In this document: one piece after another, positions 31,336 through 42,386 of the stretch
Position numbering within the stretch: the stretch's first letter is position 1
Layout of the letters: the number at the start of each line of letters is the position of its first letter
Position numbers and translations under genes: made by a program
Notes under the pieces: generated by a model
Databases searched by the model: none
What the model was told of the DNA's origin: nothing
The model's input: the letters and a program-made list of their open reading frames with translations, nothing else
DNA from: an uncultured Capnocytophaga sp.
GTDB taxonomy: Bacteria; Bacteroidota; Bacteroidia; Flavobacteriales; Flavobacteriaceae
Direction: 5' to 3'
Assembly (NCBI GenBank): GCA_937919265.1
Contig: CALFOY010000340.1
Span: 1-57,914, forward strand
Length of the DNA stretch: 57,914 nt

Positions 31336-32658
31336 TTAGATCATTCCTCTTGCTTTTAGTTCTAAATATTTATTAATACTTTGTAAAGTAAGGTCTTTTG
31401 GAGCTGTTAGAATACACTGAATACCATTTCGAGTAAGTTCTTGAACGATAAGGCGTTTTTCAAAGGAAAATTTTTCAGCAATCACCTTATCATAAACTTC
31501 ACGAATTGAAGAAGATGGTTTATGAATCATCTCTTCTAATTCTGTATTCTTAAAAAATATGACTACCAAAAGATGCTTTTTTGCAATGGCTTTAAGGTAA
31601 GGCAGTTGTCTATGGAGACTATTTCTTGTTTCAAAATTAGTATAAAGTAATAATAGACTTCTTTGTTTTAACGTACTATTAATATCTGTATATAAACGAC
31701 CAAAATCTGTTTCCAAGAAATTAGTTTCAATAGCATAAAGAGTATTCATTATTTTCTCCATTTGAGAAGATTTTCTTTCGGCAACAACCCTATCTTCTAT
31801 TTTTTGAGAAAAAGTAAAAATACCTGCTTTATCTTGTTTTTTTAGAATAATATTTGTTAGTGCTAATGAAGTATTTATCGCATAATCTAAAAGAGATAGT
31901 TCCTCAAAAGGCATTTGCATACTACGACCTTTATCAATAAGCGTATATACATTTTGAGATTTCTCATCTTGATATTGGTTAACCATCAATTGCCCTCTTT
32001 TTGAGGAGGCTTTCCAATTAATAGTTCGTATATCATCACCCTGAACATAATCCCGAATATGCTCAAACTCCATAGTATGTCCTATTTTTCGTATTTTTTT
32101 CAGTCCAAAATCAAATAATCGCTGAGAAAAAGCAATTAATTCAAATTTTTTCATCTGAATAAAAGAAGGATACGTAGCTACCTTTGCATTTTCACAAGAA
32201 ATATAACGTTTCATAAGTAATCTTAAGGGTGAAAAAACAAAAGCATTGAGTTTTCCAAAATTATACTCTCCACGTTCTGTAGGTCGTAGGTAATATTGAA
32301 AGATTCGTTCATTATATTTTTTTAAGAATATTGTATGACCGAAATTTCTTTTTTGGAACTGAAAAGGAATTTCATCAATAAGATATACATATATAGCTAT
32401 TGGATATTTGCTTTTAACATTAATTTCAATTAGATTCTCATCACTATTTGAAAGTCTTTCTGGCAAAATACGATTGGCTGTAATACCTTCTTTTATACTG
32501 AAAATCAGGATAAAATCAATAAAACAAAGAAAAATGAATACATACAAAACTCCTTGAGCTATGGGGAATAATCTTTCCCAAAAGAAAGATAATAGGAATA
32601 AACCCATTAGGCTCAATAACCAAATAAAGAAGTATGAATGGAGGTATAGTTTTTTCAT
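31336..32658 (-). CDS. DUF58 domain protein
   Basis: EFEHIRDYVQGDDIRTINWKASS motif; adjacent to MoxR. Confidence 0.92.
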   Translation of the reverse strand: MKKLYLHSYFFIWLLSLMGLFLLSFFWERLFPIAQGVLYVFIFLCFIDFILIFSIKEGITANRILPERLSNSDENLIEINVKSKYPIAIYVYLIDEIPFQFQKRNFGHTIFLKKYNERIFQYYLRPTERGEYNFGKLNAFVFSPLRLLMKRYISCENAKVATYPSFIQMKKFELIAFSQRLFDFGLKKIRKIGHTMEFEHIRDYVQGDDIRTINWKASSKRGQLMVNQYQDEKSQNVYTLIDKGRSMQMPFEELSLLDYAINTSLALTNIILKKQDKAGIFTFSQKIEDRVVAERKSSQMEKIMNTLYAIETNFLETDFGRLYTDINSTLKQRSLLLLYTNFETRNSLHRQLPYLKAIAKKHLLVVIFFKNTELEEMIHKPSSSIREVYDKVIAEKFSFEKRLIVQELTRNGIQCILTAPKDLTLQSINKYLELKARGMI

Positions 32659-33638
32659 CGTGGAATTTCTACACTTTCTATAATTTGTTGTATAATTTGC
32701 TCTGTTTTAATGCCTTCCATTTCTTTTTCAGGAGAAATAATTACTCGGTGTCCTAATACAGGATATGCAGCTTGTTTTATATCTTCTGGAGTTACAAAAT
32801 CTCTGCCGGCAAGTGCCGCAAATCCTTTTGAAGCATTCAAAATAGCTAAAGAAGCACGAGGAGAAGCCCCTAAATATAAGAAACTATTTTCACGAGTATT
32901 TTGGATAATTTTTGCAATATATTCTATTAATTGAGGTTCTATAAGAATATTTTTAACTATTTTTTGGTATTCTATAAGGTTTTCGCTTTTCAGAACTTTC
33001 TTTATAGTATTTGTTTTATCTTCAGCTTTTGTTTTATGTTCTCTTGTAATTATTTCTATTTCATCTTCTAATGAAGGATAGCCAATAACTATTTTAAATA
33101 GAAAACGGTCAAGCTGAGCTTCTGGTAAACGATATGTACCTTCTTGTTCTATAGGGTTTTGTGTAGCAACAACTAGGAAAGGCTTATTCATATCAAAACG
33201 AAGCCCATCAATTGTTATTTGTCTTTCTTCCATTACCTCAAAAAGAGCAGATTGTGTTTTAGCAGGAGCACGATTTATCTCATCTATTAGAACAAGATTA
33301 GAAAAAATAGGTCCTTTTTTGAATTCAAATTCAGATTTTTTAAGGTCAAAAACGGAAGTTCCTAATACGTCTGAAGGCATCAAATCTGGGGTAAATTGAA
33401 TTCTACTAAAATTTATATCTAATGCTTTTGAAAGAAGTTTTACCGTAATTGTTTTTGCTATACCAGGCACTCCTTCCAAGAGAATATGTCCGTTGCTTAA
33501 TAAAGCAACTAACAGATAATCAATCATTTTTTCTTGTCCAACGATTACTTTTTTTAGTTCGTTGCGTACTTCGGATATTTCAGATTGTAAATTACTAAGG
33601 TCTATCCGTGAGGTAAATTCTAATTTATTTTCGTCCAT
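32655..33638 (-). CDS. MoxR family AAA+ ATPase
   Basis: GVPGIAKT, RIQFTPDLMPSD, DEINRAPAKTQSAL and LPEAQLDRF motifs. Confidence 0.96.
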   Translation of the reverse strand: MDENKLEFTSRIDLSNLQSEISEVRNELKKVIVGQEKMIDYLLVALLSNGHILLEGVPGIAKTITVKLLSKALDINFSRIQFTPDLMPSDVLGTSVFDLKKSEFEFKKGPIFSNLVLIDEINRAPAKTQSALFEVMEERQITIDGLRFDMNKPFLVVATQNPIEQEGTYRLPEAQLDRFLFKIVIGYPSLEDEIEIITREHKTKAEDKTNTIKKVLKSENLIEYQKIVKNILIEPQLIEYIAKIIQNTRENSFLYLGASPRASLAILNASKGFAALAGRDFVTPEDIKQAAYPVLGHRVIISPEKEMEGIKTEQIIQQIIESVEIPR

Positions 33639-33648
33639 AATGTTATAT

Positions 33649-34812
33649 TTAATTCCAGAAAGTTTGTATCCATTTATCTAAGTTTATAAGTGCTTGTTCA
33701 TCAGCTTGTTGATTTTTTTCAAAGTCAATAATTAAATGAACAATTTTGGCTATTAGTTCTTTATCTTTGCCTGATTTATTATATAATTTTTCTATAAAAG
33801 AAGAATTAATTTCTTGTGTATCAATATTATAAGTGTTGCGAATATGGTCTAAAAAATAAGTTATTTTTTTCTGAACCAAATCAACAGAATCTCCATCTTG
33901 GAAATATAGTGAACTTATACTTTGAGCAAATTCAACCGTAGTATTTTCAGGTTTTTTAATGATAGGAATAATACGTTGTTCACGTTTTCCTTTGAAAATT
34001 AAATACAAAAGTAATCCTAAAAGCATCAAACGCCAAGTTATTCTCAAGGCAGGTTGGCTCATAATAAAACTTAAATTCCCGTAAACTGTTTTTTCTTTAA
34101 AATTCTTATCAAACCAAATAGTATTTTTTTCTTTTGGGAGATAAGAGATAATTGTGCTTGTGTATTTTCGTATTTTAGGAAAATCTTTTAAATAATAATT
34201 TGTAAAAACAATAGGCTCTGAATAAAGGAAAATTTTTCCTTTTCCGTGAGAAATTTCAACAAAATTTATATTCTTAGAATCTTCTAAGTAAATATAACCT
34301 AAAGTTTTGGTGTTTTTTTCGTTTAAAGAAGTAAAAATACCTGTTATCGAAGCACCATCATCAGAAAATTTTATTCTTTCATTGAAAGAGTTTGTTGTAA
34401 GTTCTAGAGCCTTATCTTTTTGATAGAAATAATCAGTTGTTATTTCCACTCCAAGTGTATCCAAATTGTAGAAAAAATCAGATATGAAAAGAGCGTTACT
34501 TCCTTTTTCTATATCAGAAAGAATTGTATTTAAAGAAGTTATATCAGGCTCTTCTGTGAAAATATAATTATTTTTTCCTTTTTCAGTTTCTGTTTTAGAG
34601 AATTCGTAAGGAGTTATAGCAATTTTCTTAACTTCTTTGTTAAAAAAATGGTCTATTTCCTCGCTAAAAATATAGAAACCATAAGGGTTTGTGTCATTTA
34701 CATTATAAGTTCTATCCCACTTGATATTATGTTCTGCTGAAAAGACAAAGACTCCTGCAACAATAACAACAACGCTCAAGATAATCAGATAGTTACGAAT
34801 AGCTTTTCCCAT
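33649..34812 (-). CDS. DUF4350-like membrane protein
   Basis: W..TY...D..PYG, FTNYYL and KREQRIIP motifs; operon context. Confidence 0.7.
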   Translation of the reverse strand: MGKAIRNYLIILSVVVIVAGVFVFSAEHNIKWDRTYNVNDTNPYGFYIFSEEIDHFFNKEVKKIAITPYEFSKTETEKGKNNYIFTEEPDITSLNTILSDIEKGSNALFISDFFYNLDTLGVEITTDYFYQKDKALELTTNSFNERIKFSDDGASITGIFTSLNEKNTKTLGYIYLEDSKNINFVEISHGKGKIFLYSEPIVFTNYYLKDFPKIRKYTSTIISYLPKEKNTIWFDKNFKEKTVYGNLSFIMSQPALRITWRLMLLGLLLYLIFKGKREQRIIPIIKKPENTTVEFAQSISSLYFQDGDSVDLVQKKITYFLDHIRNTYNIDTQEINSSFIEKLYNKSGKDKELIAKIVHLIIDFEKNQQADEQALINLDKWIQTFWN

Positions 34813-34815
34813 TTA

Positions 34816-35664
34816 TTAATTTTTTTGAGCGTTAATATATTTCTGATAGTCTGCTTTAGCACTTTGATACTGAGCATCATTGATACTAAAATCTCCATAC
34901 CAAATATAGTTATATACTTTTGAAAGATATATAAAATCAGTTTTTTGATGTTCATTTTTTATTTCTCTTTCATAGTCTGAATTGGTTTTTCTAATATTCC
35001 ATTCTATGATTTTTTTATCAGAAAGAACTTTCAAAAGCCAAAGATAATATAAACGTATACTTTGTCTTGTATTATTCTCATTTTCAGCTTTTTGTATCAT
35101 TTGTTGGAAATTTACTTCATTAATATGTTTTTCAACATCATTATATGAAATATCGTTGAATTTTCTAACTTTTCTATTGAAAAACCAGTTGTTTTTCGAT
35201 TTTAGAGCCCAACGAATAATGAAGAAAATACCAACCATAAAAAGTAAAATTTTAAGGAAATGATATACATCATATACGCTTGGTGTATTTTCTTTTTTTC
35301 CAAAAATTATCTCCCATAATTTTATAAAAGAATGGAAAATACCCTCAAGTAAAGTACTAAAGAAATGTTGTCCTTCATTTTTTGTATAATCAAACTCTCT
35401 TGAGTTATATTTTTTTGATAAATCATCAAAAGGTGTAACTTTTATAGGGGTTTTATCAACAGGAATGGTTTTTATTAATATTTCACTTTTTTCATAAAGA
35501 TGATTATTTTCTTCATTAAAAACAGCTCCATCCTCCACCGCTTCTTTTATACTATCTGAAGTATAAAATTCTTCTTCCTCTTGGGCATAAATAGTTCCTC
35601 CTATACAAAAGCATAAGAGTAAGATGTATTTTTTTAGCTTATATTTTGTTTTATTTAACTTCAT
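34816..35664 (-). CDS. DUF4129-like membrane protein
   Basis: IRLYYL, KTNSDY and YIWYGDF motifs; start uncertain. Confidence 0.7.
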   Translation of the reverse strand: MKLNKTKYKLKKYILLLCFCIGGTIYAQEEEEFYTSDSIKEAVEDGAVFNEENNHLYEKSEILIKTIPVDKTPIKVTPFDDLSKKYNSREFDYTKNEGQHFFSTLLEGIFHSFIKLWEIIFGKKENTPSVYDVYHFLKILLFMVGIFFIIRWALKSKNNWFFNRKVRKFNDISYNDVEKHINEVNFQQMIQKAENENNTRQSIRLYYLWLLKVLSDKKIIEWNIRKTNSDYEREIKNEHQKTDFIYLSKVYNYIWYGDFSINDAQYQSAKADYQKYINAQKN

Positions 35665-36538
35665 TATCTTGCCCAATAAGGTCTATTTCATTAATTCTTT
35701 TATCTTCTTTTTCAGATAAATAAATCATTAATTGTAAAAATACTTGAAAATTAGCAGCTATAGATATTATAATAACTATAAAAAGTATCATTATAAAACC
35801 TACAATACCCCATAAAAATCCGATATGTTCCAACTCTACTCCAGAAAGTGCGCCAAAAACAATTACAATAACCGGAAGAATAAGGACAATAATTGTAAAA
35901 GTATAAATAATTAGGTTCATTATGGCTGTAGCTCCCCATTTTTCCCAAAAATTAACACTAATTAAATCTTTAGCTTTACCTAATGCATCAAAATAACCCA
36001 TTTTATCTTTTACAAATAGAAGCGTAGCCTGAGTAATGAAAAGAGTACTCAAAATACTTAAAAATATACCTCCAAAAAATCCTAAAAAAGGTATAAACGA
36101 GATTAAAACATAAATAATTATATACGGAATGTAAATGATAAAGATAGAAATAATACCAAAAAGAAATACTCTTCCAAGCATTTTTTGAATGGAACTGAAA
36201 ATTTCTTTTGCTGTAAAATTTGTTCTATGAGGTTCTTTTTCAGCTAATTCAAGGTATGCTATGGGGTAGCATTGTATTAACAAAAAGAAAAATAAAATAA
36301 AGGCAAGTAGAATGAATGACAGAAAAAACACTCCCCCAAAAGAAGTTATACCGCTATTCCAAAAACCTGTAAAATAAATAATTGAGAAATTCAGAATTAA
36401 ACCAAAAGCAATCATTATTGCTCCGTTAATCACTAAATAGTTAGTGAAAAAGTTTTTAGCATATATTTTAAAAAAGGAAAAAGTGTCATTAATATATGCA
36501 TTAAAATTTCTTTTTTTGTAAAATGTAAAATTACTCAT
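35651..36538 (-). CDS. Polytopic membrane protein of the RDD/SpoIIM/MoxR cluster
   Basis: About six TM segments; operon context. Confidence 0.75.
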   Translation of the reverse strand: MSNFTFYKKRNFNAYINDTFSFFKIYAKNFFTNYLVINGAIMIAFGLILNFSIIYFTGFWNSGITSFGGVFFLSFILLAFILFFFLLIQCYPIAYLELAEKEPHRTNFTAKEIFSSIQKMLGRVFLFGIISIFIIYIPYIIIYVLISFIPFLGFFGGIFLSILSTLFITQATLLFVKDKMGYFDALGKAKDLISVNFWEKWGATAIMNLIIYTFTIIVLILPVIVIVFGALSGVELEHIGFLWGIVGFIMILFIVIIISIAANFQVFLQLMIYLSEKEDKRINEIDLIGQDNEVK

Positions 36539-37499
36539 ATTGTTTTGATTTTTTGTGTTTTATAAATGGATAAATAAGAAAATAATAACTAATAAAGCTT
36601 AATGTTCCGAAAATAATAGTAATATTTAACCATAAAGGCATTGTGTAATAATATCTGGTAATAAAACCTTCTATAAAGCCCGCTGCTATAAAAAAAGGAA
36701 CGGTTGCCAAAAGAATATAAAAACTTTCTCTAAAACCAATTTTAAAAGATAATATTCTTGAATATGTCTTCGGGAAAAGTATTGATAAAGCTAGTATAAA
36801 GCCAGAAGCCATAGCTATAATAATACTGAAAATTTCCATAGCTCCGTGTAACCAAATTGCTCTCAAACTAGCCTCAAAAGCTCCTGCATCATAGCAAAAA
36901 TACTGAAATGCTCCTACCATTACACCATTACTTAAGCCAATATAAAAGGTAAAAACACCAGCACTAATACCCGAAAGGAATGCATAAAACGCAACTTTTA
37001 TATTATTCACCGTAATTCCTATGAAAGAACCCCAGTTGGTTCCTGATTTATAAACAGCCATTGGGTCTCCTTTTTCTATGTTTTCCAATGTCATATTTAC
37101 ATAACTATCTCCTAGTATTTCTCTTGCGTAAAGTGGCTCATAATGAGCAGATAACGCTCCGATGAAACAGAAGAAAAAGAATAGTAAAAATGAAAAATAA
37201 ATTACTTTCCGTTGCTTGTACAAAAGCAATGGAATTTCATCTGTGAAAAAAAAACTTAATCTATTTTTGTCAATTCTTTTGGTTTTATAAATTTTTCGGT
37301 ATATTTGCGACACCAAAAAGTTAAGGTAAATAGTCGTATTACTTTTCGGATAATACGTCTGCGAAAAGGACAAATCACCCAAGAGGTGGATATAATTATC
37401 AGCCATCTGGTCAGGAGAAATCTTCTGATTTTTGCTCAGGATAGCTTCCACCTCAAGCCATTTTTCCTTATTTTGATTAATAAATGCAACTTCTCTCAT
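36531..37499 (-). CDS. Stage II sporulation protein M (SpoIIM)-like membrane protein
   Basis: MREVAF start; DLSFSQTYYP, NNIKV, HGAMEI and AGFIEGFIT motifs. Confidence 0.9.
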   Translation of the reverse strand: MREVAFINQNKEKWLEVEAILSKNQKISPDQMADNYIHLLGDLSFSQTYYPKSNTTIYLNFLVSQIYRKIYKTKRIDKNRLSFFFTDEIPLLLYKQRKVIYFSFLLFFFFCFIGALSAHYEPLYAREILGDSYVNMTLENIEKGDPMAVYKSGTNWGSFIGITVNNIKVAFYAFLSGISAGVFTFYIGLSNGVMVGAFQYFCYDAGAFEASLRAIWLHGAMEIFSIIIAMASGFILALSILFPKTYSRILSFKIGFRESFYILLATVPFFIAAGFIEGFITRYYYTMPLWLNITIIFGTLSFISYYFLIYPFIKHKKSKQYE

Positions 37500-37522
37500 A
37501 CGAGGGGCTAAATTATAAAAAA

Positions 37523-38266
37523 ATGTCGAGAATAGAAATAAAAACAACACAAAATATTTTACTTTTTTTTGACCCTGCTTCTTTAGGAGAAAGAATAGGA
37601 GCATTTTTTATTGATTTTCTGATTATTGCAGGGTATAGCTCTTCTATAACTTATTTTATAGGAATTTTATATGACTTAGATTTTATGCCAGAAGACTATT
37701 GGTCTATAGGGGCAGTATTTCTTCTTTTGTATTGGCCTGCTGCTTTTTATCCTCTTATAACAGAAACTTTAATGCAAGGGCAAACCGTAGGAAAACGATT
37801 AATGAAAATCAGGGTTATAAAAATAGATGGGTATCAGGCTTCTTTTATGGATTTCTTTATTAGATGGAGCTTTGGGCTTATTGAAATTGCTTTTTTAGGA
37901 GGCTCTATTGCTCTTATTTCTGTAATAGCTTCTAAATATTCTCAAAGGCTTGGAGATTTTGCCTCAGGAACGGCTGTTATTACTGAACGAAATAAAATGA
38001 ATATTTCTCATACCATATTAGAAGAGCTTACCTATTCTTACAAACCTTTTTTCACTAAGGCAGAAGTACTTTTATTCTCAGATAGTGATGTACAAATAAT
38101 CAAAAAGTATCTTAATGAAGGTATAACAAATAAGAACTTTACTATTTTGAATAAGCTAACACAAAAAATAACAGAAATAAGTAAGCGAGAAAATACAATA
38201 ACTTCAAATAAAGCAGAATTTATTCAACAATTCCTCAAAGACTATAATTATTATACAGGACAATAA
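37523..38266 (+). CDS. RDD family protein
   Basis: ASLGERIGAFFID, GQTVGK and QRLGDFASGT motifs; start ATG 37523. Confidence 0.92.
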   Translation: MSRIEIKTTQNILLFFDPASLGERIGAFFIDFLIIAGYSSSITYFIGILYDLDFMPEDYWSIGAVFLLLYWPAAFYPLITETLMQGQTVGKRLMKIRVIKIDGYQASFMDFFIRWSFGLIEIAFLGGSIALISVIASKYSQRLGDFASGTAVITERNKMNISHTILEELTYSYKPFFTKAEVLLFSDSDVQIIKKYLNEGITNKNFTILNKLTQKITEISKRENTITSNKAEFIQQFLKDYNYYTGQ

Positions 38267-38437
38267 AGTGAAAATAGGCTAAAATAATTATTCTTTTAGC
38301 CTATTTTTATTGTTTTTTCTCTTCTAAATTGAGTTTTTACTCAATAATCAAATAAAAAATATCATAAGAAGACTAAAAATACATTTTTTAGTCAATAAAA
38401 TAATATTCAATATCTAAAAATAATAAAATATAATACA

Positions 38438-41041
38438 ATGGCAAAAGTAACAAAGGAAACTCCCTTAATGAAGCAATACAATCAAATAAAAGCTAAATAC
38501 CCAGATGCACTTTTACTTTTCAGAGTTGGAGATTTTTACGAAACTTTTGGTGAAGACGCCATCAAAACAGCTAATGTACTCAATATTGTATTAACAAAAA
38601 GAAATAACGGAACTGAAAATAATGAGCTTGCAGGCTTCCCATATCATTCCTTAAAGACTTACTTGCCTCGTTTGGTAAAAGCAGGTTACAGAGTGGCTAT
38701 CTGTGACCAATTAGAAGACCCTAAGCAGACAAAAACTATTGTAAAACGTGGTGTTACAGAGCTTGTAACGCCAGGTGTTGCTCTTGATGATGAAATTTTA
38801 CAAGCCAAAACCAACAACTTTTTAGCTTCTATTGTCATCGGGAAGCATAAAAACGGTATTTCTTTCCTTGATATCTCAACAGGAGAATTCTTAACGGCAG
38901 AAGGAGATATTCAATACCTTGATAAATTATTACAAAACTTCAATCCAAGTGAAATATTAGTTTCTAGAACACAAAAAAAAGACTTTTTATTACATTTTGG
39001 TGAGAATTTTCAAATTTCAACCCTTGAAGATTGGATTTATACTCAAGATTATGCTTTTGAAACGCTTACAAAACACTTTCAAACCAATTCTTTAAAAGGT
39101 TTTGGGATAGATGACTTCAATGAAGCCATAATTTCTGCCGGTGCAATACTATTTTATCTCTCAGAAACAGAACATAACCAACTAAAACACCTTTCTTCTA
39201 TACAAAGAATTCCACAAGATGAGTACGTATGGCTGGATAGATTCACTATACGAAATCTAGAACTTTATAACGGACAATCTCCTCAGTCTGTAACTCTATT
39301 AGACATCATTGATAAAACAATTTCCCCAATGGGTAGCCGAACTCTTAAACGTTGGATAGCTTTACCCTTGAAAAACTTACAAAAAATACAACAAAGACAC
39401 GAAATAGTAACTTCTTTATTGCAAAAAAAAGATATTTATGAGAAAATTCGTGAAAAACTAAATGAAATAAGCGATATAGAACGACTTATTTCAAAAGTAG
39501 CAACGCAAAAAATTACTCCAAGAGAGCTTATTCAATTAAAAAACTCTCTTTTAGCTATTGAACCAATTAAAAAATATATTTATAACTTAGAAAATCCATA
39601 TATTAACTCTTTTTTTGGTGAAAAATTAGATAATTGTACAGAATTAATAAACAAAATAAGCACAACACTTAATGAAGAAGCTCCTGTAAATATCCTGAAA
39701 GGTAATGCAATAAAGCAAGGATACTCAAAAGAACTTGATGAACTTCGTAATCTTTCACATTCTGGTAAAAATTACTTAGATGAAATGCTACAAAGAGAAT
39801 CTGAAAGTACTCAAATACCTAGCTTGAAGATAGATAATAATAATGTTTTTGGATATTATTTTGAAGTTAGAAATACACATAAAGATAAAGTACCAGAGCA
39901 TTGGGTAAGAAAGCAAACACTAGTTAATGCAGAACGATACATTACCCAAGAATTAAAAGAATACGAAGAAAAAATATTCGGAGCAGAAGAAAAAATAGCT
40001 CAATTAGAGCAAAAATACTTTGCAGAACTTATTTTAGAGGTTTCAAATTATATTTTGCAAGTACAAACGAATGCTTTTTTAATTGGTCAGTTAGATTGTT
40101 TATGTTGTTTCGCTCAATTGGCTATTGAGTATAAATATGTTTGTCCTAAAATGGATGAATCTTTTGTTATAGATATAAAAAATGGTCGTCATCCTGTCAT
40201 TGAAAGAAAATTACCAGCTAATGTTCCTTATATAGCTAATGATATTTATTTAGACAATAGTACCCAACAAATCATAATGATAACAGGACCTAATATGAGT
40301 GGTAAATCGGCTATATTAAGGCAAACAGCCCTTATTGTATTGCTCGCTCAAATGGGTTGCTATGTTCCTGCTGATGGTGCAACTATTGGAATTGTAGATA
40401 AAATATTTACAAGAGTAGGAGCAAGTGATAATATTTCACAAGGAGAATCTACTTTTATGGTAGAAATGAATGAATCAGCTTTGATATTGAATAATATATC
40501 AGAAAGAAGCCTTGTTTTATTAGATGAAATAGGTCGTGGTACAAGTACTTATGACGGAATTTCTATCGCTTGGGCTATTGCAGAGTATTTGCACGAGCAT
40601 CCTACAAGAGCAAAAACACTTTTTGCTACACATTATCACGAATTGAATGAAATGACAGAGACTTTTTCTAGAATTAAGAACTATAATGTATCTGTAAAAG
40701 AGGTAAAAAATAGTGTATTATTCCTTCGTAAGCTCGTAAAAGGAGGAAGTGAGCATAGTTTCGGTATTCAAGTAGCAAAAATGGCAGGAATGCCCCAATA
40801 TGTAATAGAAAAAGCTAATAATGTATTAAAAAGATTGGAGAAAACACATAAAAATGAATCTACTAAGGAAGCTTTATCTAATAAAAATGCAGATGGACTC
40901 CAATTGAGCTTCTTTCAACTCGATGATCCTTTATTAGAAAGTATAAAAGATGAAATAATTAATACAAATATAGATAATCTTACCCCATTAGAAGCCCTTA
41001 TGAAATTAAATAACATCAAAAAAATGTTATTAGGTAAGTAA
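38438..41041 (+). CDS. mutS: DNA mismatch repair protein MutS
   Basis: TPLMKQY, FRVGDFYE, GPNMSGKS, DEIGRGTS and FATHYHEL motifs. Confidence 0.98.
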   Translation: MAKVTKETPLMKQYNQIKAKYPDALLLFRVGDFYETFGEDAIKTANVLNIVLTKRNNGTENNELAGFPYHSLKTYLPRLVKAGYRVAICDQLEDPKQTKTIVKRGVTELVTPGVALDDEILQAKTNNFLASIVIGKHKNGISFLDISTGEFLTAEGDIQYLDKLLQNFNPSEILVSRTQKKDFLLHFGENFQISTLEDWIYTQDYAFETLTKHFQTNSLKGFGIDDFNEAIISAGAILFYLSETEHNQLKHLSSIQRIPQDEYVWLDRFTIRNLELYNGQSPQSVTLLDIIDKTISPMGSRTLKRWIALPLKNLQKIQQRHEIVTSLLQKKDIYEKIREKLNEISDIERLISKVATQKITPRELIQLKNSLLAIEPIKKYIYNLENPYINSFFGEKLDNCTELINKISTTLNEEAPVNILKGNAIKQGYSKELDELRNLSHSGKNYLDEMLQRESESTQIPSLKIDNNNVFGYYFEVRNTHKDKVPEHWVRKQTLVNAERYITQELKEYEEKIFGAEEKIAQLEQKYFAELILEVSNYILQVQTNAFLIGQLDCLCCFAQLAIEYKYVCPKMDESFVIDIKNGRHPVIERKLPANVPYIANDIYLDNSTQQIIMITGPNMSGKSAILRQTALIVLLAQMGCYVPADGATIGIVDKIFTRVGASDNISQGESTFMVEMNESALILNNISERSLVLLDEIGRGTSTYDGISIAWAIAEYLHEHPTRAKTLFATHYHELNEMTETFSRIKNYNVSVKEVKNSVLFLRKLVKGGSEHSFGIQVAKMAGMPQYVIEKANNVLKRLEKTHKNESTKEALSNKNADGLQLSFFQLDDPLLESIKDEIINTNIDNLTPLEALMKLNNIKKMLLGK

Positions 41042-41409
41042 ATAATATCATTTAATCATCATATTTGTATATAAAATAAATAAATGATTAAATAAATAAA
41101 ATAAAATCCCTGACTATATTAGGGATTTTGTTGTTATAATTTATAAATAATATATCAAAATAATATTGTATGTTCATATAATAAGTTAAATTGTAAAAAA
41201 TATCTTTTTGTATATATGAATAATCAATATGTATTAAGATATAATAAATTTGTATGTACATAAGTTCAGTAAAAATATAGTTGTAATAATATAGATAGTA
41301 TATAATATATTATGAATAAAATATTTTTTTTGAGATACAGACTTATTTTTGTTGAAAAAGATGTATATTTGCACTCATTTTTAACAAAATAAACAAAATA
41401 TAAAACTCT

Positions 41410-42129
41410 ATGGGAAGAGCATTTGAATTTAGAAAAGCCCGCAAATTCAAACGTTGGGCAGCAATGGCGAAAACATTCACTCGTATTGGGAAAGATATAG
41501 TTATGGCAGTGAAAGAAGGCGGGCCACACCCAGAAAGTAACGCTCGCTTACGTGCTATAATGCAAAATGCTAAGGCAGCCAATATGCCAAAAGAAAATGT
41601 AGAGAGAGCCATTAAACGTGCTACAGAAAAAGATACAGCAAACTATAAGGAAATACTTTTTGAAGGTTACGCTCCTCACGGAATAGCTATTTTGATTGAA
41701 ACGGCTACAGATAATAATAACCGTACAGTAGCCAATATTCGAAGCTATTTTAATAAATGTAATGGTACTTTGGGTACTTCGGGGTCTGTGGAATTTATGT
41801 TTGACCATACTTGTAATTTTCGTATCAATGCAGAAGGGATTGATGCAGAAGAACTTGAATTGGAAATGATAGATTTTGGAGCAGAAGAAGTTTTTGTAGA
41901 TGAAGATGGAATTCTTATTTATGCTCCTTTTGAAAGTTTTGGAGCAATACAAAAAGAGTTGGAAAGCCGTAATATAGAGATTTTGTCATCTGGTTTTGAG
42001 CGTATTCCGCAAGTAACAAAAGAACTAACACCAGAAGAACAAGCTGATGTAGAGAAACTCCTTGAGAAAATAGAAGAAGATGACGATGTACAGAATGTAT
42101 ATCACACAATGAAAGAAAGTGAAGAGTAA
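41410..42129 (+). CDS. yebC: YebC/PmpR family protein
   Basis: MGRAFEFRK, NMPKENVERAIK, TDNNNRT and DDDVQNVYH motifs. Confidence 0.95.
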   Translation: MGRAFEFRKARKFKRWAAMAKTFTRIGKDIVMAVKEGGPHPESNARLRAIMQNAKAANMPKENVERAIKRATEKDTANYKEILFEGYAPHGIAILIETATDNNNRTVANIRSYFNKCNGTLGTSGSVEFMFDHTCNFRINAEGIDAEELELEMIDFGAEEVFVDEDGILIYAPFESFGAIQKELESRNIEILSSGFERIPQVTKELTPEEQADVEKLLEKIEEDDDVQNVYHTMKESEE

Positions 42130-42386
42130 GTATTAAAGAAATCTTTTTAGTGAATATAAAAACATAACTCAATATTTTATTAAATTTGAGTTGTGTTTTT
42201 TTGTTTTCAATATTGATATATTTTAATAATTTTATAATTAATTACAAAAAATTGGCAATATATTATTCTTTTCATAATAATTAATATGAATACATAAATT
42301 ATATTGATTGATATTTTAAAAATTATATCAAAAAATATTTCGTATTTTTGAATAAAATTGTATTTTTGCCCCCTAAAAAAAATTAT

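Noticed and set aside
41042..41409. Extremely AT-rich spacers around yebC as oriC or ncRNA
   Set aside because: Only a terminator and a promoter are recognisable; no DnaA-box cluster or extended structure
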